From an uncultured Gammaproteobacteria bacterium (lineage in GTDB: Bacteria; Pseudomonadota; Gammaproteobacteria; Steroidobacterales; Steroidobacteraceae): DNA of 64,000 nt. Made by a program: the position numbers and the translations under genes. The notes beneath the pieces were generated by a model. That model ran no database searches, was not told the DNA's origin, and saw only the letters and a program-made list of their open reading frames with translations. This document shows positions 25,671 through 37,177 of this stretch, one piece after another (the first letter of the stretch is position 1; the number at the start of each line of letters is the position of its first letter). Location of the stretch: the NCBI GenBank assembly GCA_963843295.1, contig CAWJJP010000005.1:230159-294158 (forward strand), in the 5' to 3' direction.

Positions 25671-28600
25671 CCGCAGGCAGATCGCAGTCGAACGGCACCG
25701 TACTGCCGCCGCCTGAGGTCTGCCGCCTCCTGCACCGTCGCCTGGGCCGTGAGACGCAGGGGACGGTGCTGTTCGATCCCGCCTCCCGCGCCCGCTATGC
25801 AACCGATGCCTCGATCTATCAGATCCTTCCGGTGGGCGCGTTCATTCCGGCCGGCGAGCAGGACATTTCGATTGCCCTCGACATCGCCCGCGAACTGAAC
25901 GTCCCGGTGACCGCGCGCGGCGGCGGCACCAGTCAATGCGGACAGGCCATCGGGGCAGCCTTGATCATCGACAACAGCAAGTACCTCCGGCGGGTGCTCG
26001 ACATCGACGTTGAGAGCCGCACCGCGGTCGTGGAGCCCGGGGCCGTGCTCGATGAGCTGAATGCGCAGCTCAAGCCGCACGGACTCTGGTTTCCCGTCGA
26101 CGTTTCGACCGGTGCGCAGGCCACCCTCGGCGGGATGGCGGGCAATAACTCCTGCGGATCGCGCTCGATTGCGTACGGCAACATGGTGCACAACGTGCTC
26201 GGTGTCCGCGCGTGGCTGTCGAGCGGCGAGCTCCTCGATTTCGGTCCGCTCCCATCGCTCACGGGCCGCGCCGCGCAAATCGCGCAGTTCGTCCGCGAGC
26301 TTGCGGCGCGGCATCGGGACGAGATGAGCGAGCGCTGGCCCAAGGTGATGCGGCGGGTGGGCGGCTATAACCTCGACATCTTCCACAATCAGAGCGAACG
26401 TCCCTACGGCGACGAGGTCAATCTCGCTCATCTGCTGGTCGGCTCTGAAGGGACGCTGGCCTACACGCGCCATTTGACGTTGCGGTTGTCGCCGCTGCCG
26501 CGCCACAGGGTGTTGGGCGTCGTCAATTTCCCCACTTTCCGCGCCTCCATGCAGGCGGCGGAGCACCTCGTCGCGCTCGAGCCGAGCGCGGTGGAGTTGA
26601 TCGATCGCTTCATGATCGAACTCGGTCTCGCGCACCCGAACTTCGGACCGCTGCTGCAACCCGTGCTGATCGGGCGGCCCCAGGCTCTGCTGCTGGTCGA
26701 ATTCATCAGCGATGATGCGGCGGGTCTGCAGGTCAAGCTCGACGATCTCGTCGCTTTAATGGGGGATCTGGGCCTGCCGGGCAGCGTCGTGGCACTGACG
26801 GAAGCCGGTGAGCAGAGGAATATCTGGGACGTGCGCAAGTCGGGGCTCAACATCATGATGAGCCTCAAGGGCGACGGCAAGCCGGTGAGCTTCATCGAAG
26901 ACTGCGCCGTTCCGCTTGAGCACCTTGCCGAATATACCGATGCGCTCACGGAAGTGTTCGCGCGACACGGAACCCATGGAACCTGGTACGCCCATGCCTC
27001 GGTCGGCACGCTGCACGTGCGGCCGATTCTCGACATGCGCCGGGACGGAGCCGACGGCGGCGCCTTCAAAATGAGGGCCATTGCCGAGGAGGCTGCGGCG
27101 CTGGTGCGCAAATTCCGGGGCGCCTACAGCGGCGAGCACGGCGATGGCCTGTGCCGCGGCGAGTGGATCCGCTGGCAATTTGGATCAGCGCTGTACGAAG
27201 CCTTTCGGGCCATCAAGGAACGGCTCGATCCGATCGGGCTGTTCAATCCCGGCAAGATCATCGATCCGCCGCGGATGGACGAGGTCGCGTTGTTCCGATT
27301 TGCACCGCCTTCGTCGCCGCGCCCGTACCGCACCCTGGCGTTGACGCCGGTGCTCGATTGGTCGGCATGGAACGTACGCAACGATCCTCTGACGGGGCGA
27401 ATCACGGCGCCGGGCGGCGGCGGCGACAACACCGGCGGCTTTGCGAAGGCCGTGGAGATGTGCAACAACAACGGTCAGTGCCGGCAATTCGACGCCGGCA
27501 CGATGTGTCCGAGCTTTCGCGCCACGCGCGACGAACAGCACGTCACACGCGGGCGGGCCAACACGCTGCGCTTCGCACTCTCCGGACAACTCGGCGCCGA
27601 TGCATTGACGAGTGAAGCATTATTCGAAGCCTTGGACCTGTGCGTCGGCTGCAAGGGTTGCAAGCGCGAATGTCCGACGGGTGTGGACATGGCGAGGATG
27701 AAAATCGAATTTCTGGCGCACTATAAAGCGCGGCACGGCTACACGCTCAAGGACCACGTGATTGGCCGCCTTCCGGACTACGCCGCTCTCGTGAGCCGCG
27801 CGCCCTGGGCGGCAAATGCGCGAAACAGCGTTCCCGGCGCGAAGTGGCTGACGGAGCGGTTGCTCGGGCTGTCGGCGCAGCGTTCGCTGCCGTCCTGGCG
27901 ATCCAACACCTTCTGGAGATCGCACGCTGCGCCCGAATGGGCGAGCGGCGCGGCCGCACTCGAGGCCGCCAGGGCCGGCCGCCGGGTGGCGGTGCTGTTC
28001 GTCGATACGTTCAACGGCATGTTCGAGCCCGACAATGCATTCGCCGCCGCTCGGGTGTTACGCAGGGCAGGCTACCTCGTGCATGCGCTCGCGAAGACCG
28101 GCGGCGGGTATTGTTGTGGCCGCACCTACCTGAGCAGCGGCATGGTGGCGCGCGCCAAGGCGAAGCTGCAGGCTTTGATCGGCGCTGCCGAACCATTTGC
28201 ACGCGAGGGAATTGCCATCATCGGTCTGGAGCCCTCGTGTCTTTTGACCCTGCGCGATGAGGCACTGGTCTTGGGAATCGGCAAGAGCGCGGAAATCGTC
28301 GCCGCCCAAGCGCTTCTGTTCGAAGAATTCGTCGCCCGCGAGGCGCGCAGCGGACGTTTCGCGCTCGCGCTGCGCCCGGTGGAGCGGCCGATTTTGCTGC
28401 ACGCTCATTGTCACCAAAAAGCGTTCGGCACGGTCAGTCAGATACTCGAGGTGTTGCGGATGATCCCGCAGGCGATACCGCAACTCATCGAGAGTTCGTG
28501 CTGCGGCATGGCGGGTGCTTTCGGCTACGAAGCCGCGCACCACGGAATTTCCATGCAAATGGCGGAAGCGTCCCTTCTGCCGGCCGTGCGCGCTCGGCCC

Positions 28601-28747
28601 GAGGCCATCGTGATTGCCGACGGCACCAGTTGCCGGCAGCAGATTCTCGACGGCGCGCAGCGCGAGTCGATCCCTCTCGCGCGGCTTCTCGATGAGCTGC
28701 TGCCGGGCGATAGCGGTGGCATGGCGCAAGCGCGCAGCGGGCGGTAG
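25655..28747 (+). CDS. FAD-binding plus Fe-S cluster oxidoreductase (GlcD-GlcF fusion, E. coli YdiJ-like; probable D-lactate/2-hydroxyacid dehydrogenase)
   Basis: About 1030 aa. FAD-PCMH domain ('DASIYQILP', '[14 protein letters not shown]'), two 4Fe-4S-like motifs ('[11 protein letters not shown]', '[12 protein letters not shown]') and a CCG-type C-terminus. TTG start overlaps the lctP end; the start codon is uncertain. Confidence 0.87.
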   Translation: MDDPLTAGRSQSNGTVLPPPEVCRLLHRRLGRETQGTVLFDPASRARYATDASIYQILPVGAFIPAGEQDISIALDIARELNVPVTARGGGTSQCGQAIGAALIIDNSKYLRRVLDIDVESRTAVVEPGAVLDELNAQLKPHGLWFPVDVSTGAQATLGGMAGNNSCGSRSIAYGNMVHNVLGVRAWLSSGELLDFGPLPSLTGRAAQIAQFVRELAARHRDEMSERWPKVMRRVGGYNLDIFHNQSERPYGDEVNLAHLLVGSEGTLAYTRHLTLRLSPLPRHRVLGVVNFPTFRASMQAAEHLVALEPSAVELIDRFMIELGLAHPNFGPLLQPVLIGRPQALLLVEFISDDAAGLQVKLDDLVALMGDLGLPGSVVALTEAGEQRNIWDVRKSGLNIMMSLKGDGKPVSFIEDCAVPLEHLAEYTDALTEVFARHGTHGTWYAHASVGTLHVRPILDMRRDGADGGAFKMRAIAEEAAALVRKFRGAYSGEHGDGLCRGEWIRWQFGSALYEAFRAIKERLDPIGLFNPGKIIDPPRMDEVALFRFAPPSSPRPYRTLALTPVLDWSAWNVRNDPLTGRITAPGGGGDNTGGFAKAVEMCNNNGQCRQFDAGTMCPSFRATRDEQHVTRGRANTLRFALSGQLGADALTSEALFEALDLCVGCKGCKRECPTGVDMARMKIEFLAHYKARHGYTLKDHVIGRLPDYAALVSRAPWAANARNSVPGAKWLTERLLGLSAQRSLPSWRSNTFWRSHAAPEWASGAAALEAARAGRRVAVLFVDTFNGMFEPDNAFAAARVLRRAGYLVHALAKTGGGYCCGRTYLSSGMVARAKAKLQALIGAAEPFAREGIAIIGLEPSCLLTLRDEALVLGIGKSAEIVAAQALLFEEFVAREARSGRFALALRPVERPILLHAHCHQKAFGTVSQILEVLRMIPQAIPQLIESSCCGMAGAFGYEAAHHGISMQMAEASLLPAVRARPEAIVIADGTSCRQQILDGAQRESIPLARLLDELLPGDSGGMAQARSGR

Positions 28748-28757
28748 CATTGACGGC

Positions 28758-29258
28758 ATGTTGCGCCTGAAAATCAACGGACGGGAACGCACGATCGAGG
28801 AGTCCATCGATCCCTCGACCCCGCTGCTGTGGGTGCTGCGCGATAATCTCGGCTTGGTGGGCACCAAATTCGGTTGCGGGGCGGGATACTGCGGCGCCTG
28901 CTCGGTCATGGTGAATGGAGCCTCGACCCGTTCGTGCTCGGTTCGCGCGGTGGACGTTGCTGGTCAGGAGATCACGACCGTCGAGGGCTTGGCCGGCGTG
29001 GACGGCCGGCTGCATCCCCTGCAACAAGCCTGGATCGACCACGACGTGCCGCAGTGCGGATATTGTCAGGCCGGACAGCTGATCTCTGCCGCCGCTCTGC
29101 TGCGCCGCACGCCCCACCCCAGCGATGCCGACATCGACACCGCGATGGCCGGCAATCTGTGCCGCTGCGGCACGTACCTGCGCATTCGCGCCGCCATACA
29201 TGGCGCGGCCTCGGGTTCCCCGCGTGCCGCTGCGGCAGGCGATTCGCATGGCGACTGA
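28758..29258 (+). CDS. (2Fe-2S)-binding small subunit of an aldehyde oxidase/xanthine dehydrogenase-family enzyme (IorA-like)
   Basis: '[16 protein letters not shown]', 'CGYCQAGQ', 'CRCGTY' are the two [2Fe-2S] motifs of this family. ATG at 28758. Confidence 0.9.
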   Translation: MLRLKINGRERTIEESIDPSTPLLWVLRDNLGLVGTKFGCGAGYCGACSVMVNGASTRSCSVRAVDVAGQEITTVEGLAGVDGRLHPLQQAWIDHDVPQCGYCQAGQLISAAALLRRTPHPSDADIDTAMAGNLCRCGTYLRIRAAIHGAASGSPRAAAAGDSHGD

Positions 29259-31557
29259 GCGACTCCGGCGCATCCCGCTGCCGGCCCGCGCGTGCAGCTC
29301 CGATGCGCTCGCTCACGAGGCGCTTGAATTGGCCGAGGCCTCGCCGGTGCATGCCGATCAAACGCTCGAGGTACGGCCGCTCTCGCGCCGCGAGTTTCTG
29401 CGGCTGAGCGGCCTCGCCGGAAGCGGCTTGATGCTGGCCTTCACGTTGCGCTCCGCACCGGCCCCTGCCGCGGATGGCGCGCAGGCCGGCAGCCACTTTT
29501 CACCGAACGCCTTCCTTCGCATCGGCTCCGACGATTCGGTCCTGATTTACAGCAAGGGACCGGAGATTGGCCAAGGCATCAAGACCGCCTTCCCCATGAT
29601 CATCGCCGAGGAACTCGATGCCGATTGGACGCGGGTGCAAATCGAGCAAGCGCCTATCAAGCCGGAAGTGTTCGGCTCGCAAGGTGCGGGCGGGTCTCGT
29701 TCCATTCCCAGCAATTGGGATCAATTGCGCCGTGCCGGGGCGGTGGCGCGGCAGATGCTGCTTTCTGCCGCCGCCGCGGACTGGGGGGTGGCCGCCGGCG
29801 AATGCACCACCCGGGCGGGCACGGTGATGCACGCCGCGAGCGGGCGCATGGCAAGCTACGGCCGGCTTGCCGAAAAGGCTGCAGCCGTCCCAATGCCGGA
29901 CGTGAATGGCGTGCCTTTGAAAAAGCGCGCGGATTACCGAATCCTGGGCACGCCGATCGGCGGCATCGACAATGTGAAGGTCGTTACGGGTCAGCCGCTA
30001 TTCGGCATCGACCAGACCCTGCCGGGCCTGGTCTATGCCGTGTACGAGAAGAGCCCGGCCCACGGGGGTGCGGTGCTCGACGCGAACATCGAGGAGGTGC
30101 GGTCGCAGCCCGGCGTCAGGGATGTCTTCATCACGTCAGGGGACTCGCGTGGGGATGCTCCGCCGGGCGTGGTCATCGTGGCCGATTCAACGTGGGCTGC
30201 CTTCAGTGCCAAGCGCCGTCTCGAGGTGAACTGGGGCGTCAGTGCCGCCTCAACCGACAGCTGGAGCAATGCGGTCCAGAAGGCGCAGGCGCTCACCCGC
30301 AAGGGTCCCGGCGAGAATACGATCGTGACGAGCGGTGATGCGGCGGCGTCGTTTGCAACGGCGAAGCATGCCCTCGACGCCTATTACACCTGTCCTTTCG
30401 TAGCGCACGCCCCCCTCGAGCCGCAAAACACCACCGCCTGGATGCACGACGGCGGCATCGAAATGTGGACACCGAGCCAGATGGCGGATCGAGGTCGCGC
30501 GACCGTGGCCGCCATGTTGAATCTGCCGCTCGACCGCGTCGTCGTGCATCAAACGCGGGTGGGAGGCGGTTTTGGCCGGCGGCTCATGGTCGATTACATG
30601 GCCGAGGCGGCGCTCATCGCGCAGAAGGTGAAGGGACCCGTGAAGCTCGTATGGACGCGCGAAGACGACATGACGCACGACTATTACCGCGTCGGCGCAT
30701 TTCACTCCCTCAAGGGAGGACTCGACGCGCAGGGCAAATTGGTATCGTGGCAGGATCACTTCGTGACCTTCAGCGCCGACGGGCAGAAGCCCGTGGCCGG
30801 CGGCGCATTGACGGGTGCCGAGTTTCCGGTGCCGCTCCTGCCGAACGTTCATATCAGCCAGAGCTTTCTTCCTCTGGGAACGCGATGCGGACCGTGGCGC
30901 GCGCCCGGTTCCAATACCATCGCATTCGCGCTGCAGAGTTTCCTGCATGAGCTCTCGAGCGCGGCCAGGCGCGATCACCTGCAATTCCTGCTCGAGATTC
31001 TTGGCGAACCACGCTGGCTCGAGCCGCGCAACGAGCGCGCGCTCAACACCGCCCGCGCGGCCGCCGTCATCAAGCTTGCTGCGGACAAGGCGGGCTGGGG
31101 CCGGACGCTACCCCGGGGACGGGCTCTCGGTCTTGCGTTCTATTTCAGTCATGCCGGTCATTTTGCCGAGGTCGCCGAGGTGAGCGTGACGCCGGCGAAG
31201 AAGCTGACGGTGCACCGGGTGACCGTGGCCGGGGATATCGGGCCGGTGCTCAATCCGAGCGGCACCGAAAATCAATGTCAGGGCGCCGTCATCGACGGAC
31301 TGAGCACGATGCTCGCGCTCGAGATCACCATGGAAGAGGGCCGCGTGCAGCAGGACAATTTCGGAAATTACCGTCTACTGCGCATGCCCGATGCCCCGAT
31401 CGTCGATGTGCATTACATTCAGTCGGATTTCTCTCCCACGGGCGTCGGCGAGCCGGCGCTCCCACCCTTGGCGCCGGCAGTATGCAATGCCATTTACACC
31501 GCCTCCGGGCATCGCGTGCGAACGCTGCCCTTGAGCCGGGAAGGCTTCGGCGTTTGA
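29248..31557 (+). CDS. Molybdopterin-binding large subunit (IorB-like), Tat-type signal
   Basis: '[20 protein letters not shown]' twin-arginine motif, then aldehyde-oxidase a/b hammerhead and Mo-binding blocks. ATG 29248 overlaps the iorA-like stop. GTG 29347 is an alternative that gives a normal-length Tat leader. Confidence 0.86.
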   Translation: MATERLRRIPLPARACSSDALAHEALELAEASPVHADQTLEVRPLSRREFLRLSGLAGSGLMLAFTLRSAPAPAADGAQAGSHFSPNAFLRIGSDDSVLIYSKGPEIGQGIKTAFPMIIAEELDADWTRVQIEQAPIKPEVFGSQGAGGSRSIPSNWDQLRRAGAVARQMLLSAAAADWGVAAGECTTRAGTVMHAASGRMASYGRLAEKAAAVPMPDVNGVPLKKRADYRILGTPIGGIDNVKVVTGQPLFGIDQTLPGLVYAVYEKSPAHGGAVLDANIEEVRSQPGVRDVFITSGDSRGDAPPGVVIVADSTWAAFSAKRRLEVNWGVSAASTDSWSNAVQKAQALTRKGPGENTIVTSGDAAASFATAKHALDAYYTCPFVAHAPLEPQNTTAWMHDGGIEMWTPSQMADRGRATVAAMLNLPLDRVVVHQTRVGGGFGRRLMVDYMAEAALIAQKVKGPVKLVWTREDDMTHDYYRVGAFHSLKGGLDAQGKLVSWQDHFVTFSADGQKPVAGGALTGAEFPVPLLPNVHISQSFLPLGTRCGPWRAPGSNTIAFALQSFLHELSSAARRDHLQFLLEILGEPRWLEPRNERALNTARAAAVIKLAADKAGWGRTLPRGRALGLAFYFSHAGHFAEVAEVSVTPAKKLTVHRVTVAGDIGPVLNPSGTENQCQGAVIDGLSTMLALEITMEEGRVQQDNFGNYRLLRMPDAPIVDVHYIQSDFSPTGVGEPALPPLAPAVCNAIYTASGHRVRTLPLSREGFGV

Positions 31558-32471
31558 ACCGTACCCACCCGGGATTCGCGGTCACGGCATCCGTCGCGCT
31601 CGCACTGCTCGGCCTCGCCGCCGGCCTAGCGCATGCGAAGGATCCGGCACTGCTGTCGCTCACCGCGGAGCACTTCAGGGACACGGCAACGGTCAAGGAG
31701 GACCGGCCCGGCGCGATGGCCACGATTTCCACGGAGAACGGGTTTGTCGAGCGCAAGGGTCTGATGGGAATGGTGTGGAACGATGAGTACCTGAAAGGCC
31801 TGATCGATGAGAAAACGGATCAGAAGAGCTTTCAGGTGTACTCGATGATCACGTACCGGGGGAACTGGCGGTTCTATCAGAGTGCGAGTTACCAGACACC
31901 GGCCGGACCCCGGTCGGTGCCGCTCGTTCAGATCGGCAAGGAATCGGACAATTGCGCCGTCGGGGAGTGCATCTACACCGAGCGCGTCGCATTCTCGATC
32001 GATGAGGGTTTGCTGCGTCAGCTCGCGAGCGAGAACGCGCCCGGCAAACCCACCCTCTGGCGCTTCAAGCTGATCGCCAAACAGGGGCCCGAGTACGTGG
32101 GCGGAATTTCGAGCGCGGAGATCGCCGGCTTCCTCGCGAGGGTCGATGACTACAATCACGCGCTTCCCATGGTCAAAGCAGGCGTCGCCGGCGCATCTCT
32201 CAAGCTCGATCTCGGTGTCGGCGGGATGCCGGTTGCCGCCACCGCCGAATATCCGAATCGCTCCGGAATCCTGATCATCGACGTGAACCACGGCTCCGTT
32301 GCGCAAAAGGCCGGCATCATCATCGGCGACATCGTGACCGAGGTCGATGGTCGTCCAATCAAGGGGCTGACGGACCTTCAGGCGGCGGTGGCCGCGCGCA
32401 CTGCGAACTCGGCCGCTTCGATCAAGCTGTATCGCGGCACCACGGAAATGACCGTGACCGCCCGGTTCTGA
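31554..32471 (+). CDS. Secreted protein with C-terminal PDZ domain
   Basis: No in-frame ATG near the signal peptide 'VTASVALALLGLAAGLAHA'. TTG at 31554 overlaps the upstream TGA (TTGA). PDZ: 'GILIIDVNHGSVAQKAGIIIGDIVTEVDGRPI'. Start inferred. Confidence 0.6.
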   Translation: MNRTHPGFAVTASVALALLGLAAGLAHAKDPALLSLTAEHFRDTATVKEDRPGAMATISTENGFVERKGLMGMVWNDEYLKGLIDEKTDQKSFQVYSMITYRGNWRFYQSASYQTPAGPRSVPLVQIGKESDNCAVGECIYTERVAFSIDEGLLRQLASENAPGKPTLWRFKLIAKQGPEYVGGISSAEIAGFLARVDDYNHALPMVKAGVAGASLKLDLGVGGMPVAATAEYPNRSGILIIDVNHGSVAQKAGIIIGDIVTEVDGRPIKGLTDLQAAVAARTANSAASIKLYRGTTEMTVTARF

Positions 32472-32495
32472 ACCCCCGCCGCGCGCCGCTCGAAG

Positions 32496-33665
32496 TCAGG
32501 CTCCCCGCCGGGTAAACAGTGTTTTGGAGTTGTACTCGCTGCGAAACACCAGCGGTTTCTCCCCCGGCCCCAGCCGCTCGACCGGCGCCGCCGGCTCGAC
32601 CGGCACCGCCCGTTCGGCCCTGACGATCGCGTCGCTGACCAGATGATGATGCGGGGAAAGTTCGCACACCGGATCCGCGTTTGCCGCATCGCCCGTCAGC
32701 AAGTAGGCCTGACAGCGGCAGCCGCCGAAGTCGCGCGTCTTTTCGGGACAACTGCGGCAGGGTTCCTTCATCCATTCATCGCCGCGATATCGATTGAAAG
32801 CGGCTGAATCGAACCAGATCTGCTCCACGCGCGCATCGCGCACATTCGGAAATTCGAGCCCCGGCAGCATCCGCGCGGCGTGGCAGGGAAGCGCGGTGCC
32901 ATCCGGCGCAATGGTCAGGAAGATCGAACCGAGACCGTTCATGCACGGCTTGGGACGCGTCTCGAAATAGTCAGGCACCACGAAATAGATCTTCATGCGT
33001 CCGGCGAGGCGCTCGCGAAAAACCTGCGTGACCTCCTCCGCGCGTTTCAATTGCTCTCGGCTGGGCAGCAGCTGATCCCGATTGTGCCACGCCCAGCCGT
33101 AGTACTGGGTGTTGGCGAGTTCCACATAGTCCGCGCCCAATTGCTCGGCCATGCGCAATATTTCCTCCACATGATCGATGTTGAGGCGGTGCAGGACCAC
33201 GTTCAAGACCATGGGATAATCGTAGCGCTTGATCAGGGCAGCCGTTTTCGATTTCAGTTCGAAGGTGCGGGTGCTGCTCAAAAAGTCGTTCATCTGGCGC
33301 GAGCTGTCCTGGAACGAGAGTTGAATGTGATCCAATCCGCCGTTCTTGAGAGCTTGAATGCGCGGCTCGCTCAAGCCAACGCCCGAAGTGATCAAGTTGG
33401 TGTAGAAGCCGAGGCGATGCGCCTCGGCGACGATCGCCTCCAGATCGTCGCGCACCATGGGTTCTCCGCCCGACAGGCCGAGCTGCACCGCTCCCGCGGC
33501 ACGCGCTTCGCGCAGGACGCGGATCCACTCCTCCGTGCCGAGTTCGGCGCCCGTCGAGGCGAAATCGGTCGGGTTGTAGCAAAACACGCAATGCAGCGGA
33601 CACCGGTACGTGAGCTCGAGGTTCAGCCACAGCGGCGGTCCGGGCTTGGTCCTCGCTGCATTCAT
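32496..33665 (-). CDS. pqqE: PqqE, radical SAM/SPASM peptide-modifying enzyme
   Basis: '[16 protein letters not shown]' (CxxxCxxC) and SPASM cysteines near the C-terminus. ATG 33665 overlaps the pqqD stop (ATGA). Confidence 0.93.
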   Translation of the reverse strand: MNAARTKPGPPLWLNLELTYRCPLHCVFCYNPTDFASTGAELGTEEWIRVLREARAAGAVQLGLSGGEPMVRDDLEAIVAEAHRLGFYTNLITSGVGLSEPRIQALKNGGLDHIQLSFQDSSRQMNDFLSSTRTFELKSKTAALIKRYDYPMVLNVVLHRLNIDHVEEILRMAEQLGADYVELANTQYYGWAWHNRDQLLPSREQLKRAEEVTQVFRERLAGRMKIYFVVPDYFETRPKPCMNGLGSIFLTIAPDGTALPCHAARMLPGLEFPNVRDARVEQIWFDSAAFNRYRGDEWMKEPCRSCPEKTRDFGGCRCQAYLLTGDAANADPVCELSPHHHLVSDAIVRAERAVPVEPAAPVERLGPGEKPLVFRSEYNSKTLFTRRGA

Positions 33666-33946
33666 GGGCGAATCTGCAGCCATCGCTTGGCCACCGCCAT
33701 GACGATGAAGTTGCGAACATCGTCGGCGAGCCCGGTCAGCGCGAACTCGCGTTCCAGATCCGCGGTGATTTCCGCGATGGTTTTCGTGCCGTCGCAGCGT
33801 TTCATGATCTCTCCCGCACTGCCGTTGAGCTTGATCATGCCTTCCGGATACAGAAGCACATGGGCATTTTGCGCCTCCTCCCACTGCAGCCGGAATCCGC
33901 GCTCGATGGCCGGTCGCGCCGCCGTACCGATCGCATCGTCGCTCAT
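33662..33946 (-). CDS. pqqD: PqqD, PqqA-binding chaperone
   Basis: 94 aa '[44 protein letters not shown]'. ATG overlaps the pqqC stop (ATGA). The longer track ORF is a 5' extension. Confidence 0.9.
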   Translation of the reverse strand: MSDDAIGTAARPAIERGFRLQWEEAQNAHVLLYPEGMIKLNGSAGEIMKRCDGTKTIAEITADLEREFALTGLADDVRNFIVMAVAKRWLQIRP

Positions 33947-34638
33947 AACGGAACTCCGTAGCGCAGCGCCATCGCATCGCTCATCTGCCACAGCACGTCC
34001 AATTTGAATTGCAGGATTTCCAGTGCACGCTGCTGCAGGGCGGCCGAATTGAAGTATCCGAGGGTGAACGCAAGACCGAATTCGACGTCGCGGCGCGCGA
34101 GACTCACGCGGCTCTGAAAGTACTCGAGTCCCGCGCGATCGATCCACGGGTAGTGGGTGGGCCAGTTGGCGAGGCGCTGTTTGTGAATTTCCGGTGCGAA
34201 TAATTCGGTGAGCGAGGAACACACTGCTTCCTGCCACGGGGCCCGGCGCGCGAAATTCACGTACGCATCGACGGCGAACCGCACGCCCGGCAGCACCTCG
34301 GTGAGGTTCTCCACGGTGCTGCGGGAAAGCCCGACGGCAACTCCCAAGCGCAGCCAGGATTCGATGCCGCCGGGATCCTCGCCGTAGCCGTCATGGTCGA
34401 GAATGCGCTGTACCCAGCTGCGGCGCACGTCACGGTCCGGGCAATTGGCGAGGATCGCCGCATCCTTGATCGGAATGTTGATCTGATAATAGAAGCGATT
34501 CGCCACCCAGCCGCGAATCTGCTCCGGAGTGGCGGCGCCCGCATTGAGCATGACATTGAAGGGATGATGAATATGGTAAGAGCTTCCGCGCGCCTTCAAC
34601 TGCGCCTCGAATTCCGCGGCGCTCCAGGCGGCGCTCAC
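33943..34638 (-). CDS. pqqC: PqqC, pyrroloquinoline-quinone synthase
   Basis: '[14 protein letters not shown]', '[21 protein letters not shown]', 'HYPWID..LEYFQSR' are PqqC blocks. GTG start overlaps the pqqB stop (GTGA). Confidence 0.93.
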   Translation of the reverse strand: MSAAWSAAEFEAQLKARGSSYHIHHPFNVMLNAGAATPEQIRGWVANRFYYQINIPIKDAAILANCPDRDVRRSWVQRILDHDGYGEDPGGIESWLRLGVAVGLSRSTVENLTEVLPGVRFAVDAYVNFARRAPWQEAVCSSLTELFAPEIHKQRLANWPTHYPWIDRAGLEYFQSRVSLARRDVEFGLAFTLGYFNSAALQQRALEILQFKLDVLWQMSDAMALRYGVPL

Positions 34639-35552
34639 AGCAGGATCTCCATGCCGTCGTGCGCGACCTCGATTCCGCGGCGCGAGAGCTGTGCCCGCTC
34701 GGGCGACTCCTCATCGAGAATGGGATTGGTATTGTTGATGTGAATCAGGATTTTGCGCGTACCCGGCGGCAGGCGGTCGAGCCACTCCATCATGCCCCCG
34801 GGACCGCTTTGCGGCAGATGGCCGATTTCGCGCCCGCGCTTGCGCGACACGCCCGTGACGATCATCTCATCGTCCGTCCAAAACGTCCCGTCCACCAGCA
34901 CCACGGCGGCAGCCTGCATCGCATCCCACACCTCGTCGTCGATTGCACCCAAGCCCGGCGCGTACAGGGCGCTCCTGCCCGTCGCCCGATCCTCGATGAC
35001 GAGGGCGACGTTATCTCCCCGGACGGGTGCGTCGCGATGAGGGGAATAAGGAGCCGGCTTGCTGGCAACCGCCAGCGCACGCCAGTGCAGGTCGGCGAGG
35101 CCGCCAACCACGAACGGATCCTCCAGGTCGATGCGGCGCCGATCCACGCCGCAATAATGCGCCAGCACGCCGAGAATCGGGTTGCCGCGCGTCAGGTCGG
35201 CGTAGGTGCTGTCGGTGCACCAGATGGGCCAGGGTCTGGTCGATTCGCGCAGCATATAAAGGCCGGTCGTATGATCGATCTGCCCATCGACGAGAACGAT
35301 GGCAACGATCGCCGTGTCTCGCAGTGCGCGCGCAGGCTGTAAATCGGGATGGCTCTGCAGCTGGGCGGTAATGTCCGGTGATGCGTTCACCAGGACCCAG
35401 GAGCCGGGGGTGTCACCGGCAACGGCAATGGAGGACTGCAGCCGGGCGAATGCACGGAGTGCGCCTGATCGGTGACCTGCGCAGTTGCGGCAATTGCAAT
35501 TCCACTGTGGAAAGCCGCCACCCGCGGCGGACCCCAAGACTCGAATTTTCAA
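34635..35552 (-). CDS. pqqB: PqqB (metallo-beta-lactamase fold)
   Basis: '[24 protein letters not shown]' is the canonical PqqB N-terminus. The first codon in the DNA is TTG. Confidence 0.92.
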   Translation of the reverse strand: MKIRVLGSAAGGGFPQWNCNCRNCAGHRSGALRAFARLQSSIAVAGDTPGSWVLVNASPDITAQLQSHPDLQPARALRDTAIVAIVLVDGQIDHTTGLYMLRESTRPWPIWCTDSTYADLTRGNPILGVLAHYCGVDRRRIDLEDPFVVGGLADLHWRALAVASKPAPYSPHRDAPVRGDNVALVIEDRATGRSALYAPGLGAIDDEVWDAMQAAAVVLVDGTFWTDDEMIVTGVSRKRGREIGHLPQSGPGGMMEWLDRLPPGTRKILIHINNTNPILDEESPERAQLSRRGIEVAHDGMEILL

Positions 35553-35601
35553 GGAAGGTGGGCGGTCGCCCGGATAAGCGGGCGATCGCCCTCACCTGTG
35601 C

Positions 35602-35676
35602 TCAGCGATTGGCCACGTACATCGTGATTTCCATGCCAAAGCGCATTTCAATGGCCGCAGGGGTTTCCCACTTCAT
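35602..35676 (-). CDS. pqqA: PqqA precursor peptide (24 aa), not in the ORF track
   Basis: The reverse complement reads ATG AAG TGG GAA ACC CCT GCG GCC ATT GAA ATG CGC TTT GGC ATG GAA ATC ACG ATG TAC GTG GCC AAT CGC TGA, giving MKWETPAAIEMRFGMEITMYVANR with the conserved E-x3-Y. AAGGAGA lies 5 nt upstream and pqqB starts 49 nt downstream. Confidence 0.9.
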   Translation of the reverse strand: MKWETPAAIEMRFGMEITMYVANR

Positions 35677-35818
35677 GCAAATCTCCTTCTTTGAGGTACG
35701 CCGCCATAGTTACCCGCCCATTGATCCGTCGAATCAGCCGCGCAATGAAAAGGGGCTCATGATTTTCATGAGACCGCCGTGACGGCGCTGCCCGGCCAGC
35801 CCTGGTACCATCCGATCA

Positions 35819-37177
35819 ATGACATTGCGGACACGCCTGAATCTGGTGGTGGCTGGCCTCAGCGCCGCATTCGTAGCCGTGCTCATCGCCGCCCAGATCC
35901 AGAGTGCTCGTGCCTCGGTTCGCGAGGAAATCGAGGCCGCAAACCGCGTCGCTGCGCAGCTGCTCGGCCGGCTCGCACTCGTCTATTCCACGATGGGAGG
36001 CCCGGATGCGGTGCTGCAGTTCCTGCAGCAGATCGGACGCGTCCGGGCGAACGAGATCTATCTGCAATCGGTCACGGGTGAGGTGTTCTACCGTTCTCCG
36101 CCCGCGACCTACAAGGCCGGCCGGGAAGCGCCGCGGTGGTTCTTTCGCTTGCTGGCGCCGCCTCCCGCGCGATACGCCTTCTCGCTGCGCGGCAGCGTCC
36201 TCCTGGTGGTGGAGTCCCAGCCCTCGCGCGCCGTTCTCGACGCCTGGGACGACATTACCCGCCTATCGGCCATTGCCATCGGCATGTTGGTCATCGTCAA
36301 TGGGCTCGCCTTCTGGTCCGTGGCGCATGTGCTCAAGCCCTTCCCCATCATCGCGGACGGCCTGGAGCGTATTCAGCGCGGAGAACTCGATTTTCGCCTG
36401 CCGAGATTGGCGGGATTCGAGGCGCATGCGATCGGCACCGCGTTCAACCGCATGGCGCAAGCCGTCGAAGACAAGGTCGCGGCCGAGCGCAAGGCGCGCG
36501 ATGCCGAGGCGAGGCTCGAGGAGCGGCGGGAAATGGCGTCCCTCGCGGACCAGCGGGTCGAGGAGGAGCGGCGCCTCATCGCCCACGAGCTACATGATGA
36601 ATTCGGCCAGTCGGTCACGGCCATTCGCAGCCTCGCGCTTGCCATCGCCGCTCAAGGCGGAGCGCGGGACCCGGAGATGGGCAAGGTGGCGCGGTTGATT
36701 TCCGACGAAGCAGCACGCCTGTACGATGCCATGCACGGCCTCATCCCGAGGCTCGCGCCGTTGTCGCTCGACACGCTCGGGCTCGCCGCGACGCTGGAGA
36801 GCCTGGTGCGCGACTGGCAGCGCCGCCACCCCGCCATTACCCTCACCCTTCGCCAGGAGTTGCCCGCCGATCTGGGTCCGAGTGTCACCCTGACGATCTA
36901 CCGGGTCGTGCAGGAAGGCTTGATCAATGCGTTGCGGCACGCGCAGCCCTCGCGGGTCGCGATCGAGGTGCTCTCGGACGGGCGACAACTAGTCGCGCGG
37001 GTGGCCGATGACGGTATTGGACTGCCCGGGGATTGGGCGCGCCCGGGACATTTCGGATTGCGCGGACTCGCCGAGCGCGTGCGTCAGCTCGGGGGAACCT
37101 TCGACATTGACAGCGAGCAGGGTCGCGGTGTGCGTTTGACCGCCTCCATTCCGCTGACGGAGGTTGCCAAGGCATGA
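35819..37177 (+). CDS. Sensor histidine kinase, NarX/UhpB type (HisKA_3)
   Basis: TM-periplasmic-TM, HAMP, H-box 'IAHELHDEFGQSVTAI', and ATPase 'VVQEGLINALRHA', 'DDGIGL', 'GLRGLAERV'. Confidence 0.88.
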   Translation: MTLRTRLNLVVAGLSAAFVAVLIAAQIQSARASVREEIEAANRVAAQLLGRLALVYSTMGGPDAVLQFLQQIGRVRANEIYLQSVTGEVFYRSPPATYKAGREAPRWFFRLLAPPPARYAFSLRGSVLLVVESQPSRAVLDAWDDITRLSAIAIGMLVIVNGLAFWSVAHVLKPFPIIADGLERIQRGELDFRLPRLAGFEAHAIGTAFNRMAQAVEDKVAAERKARDAEARLEERREMASLADQRVEEERRLIAHELHDEFGQSVTAIRSLALAIAAQGGARDPEMGKVARLISDEAARLYDAMHGLIPRLAPLSLDTLGLAATLESLVRDWQRRHPAITLTLRQELPADLGPSVTLTIYRVVQEGLINALRHAQPSRVAIEVLSDGRQLVARVADDGIGLPGDWARPGHFGLRGLAERVRQLGGTFDIDSEQGRGVRLTASIPLTEVAKA

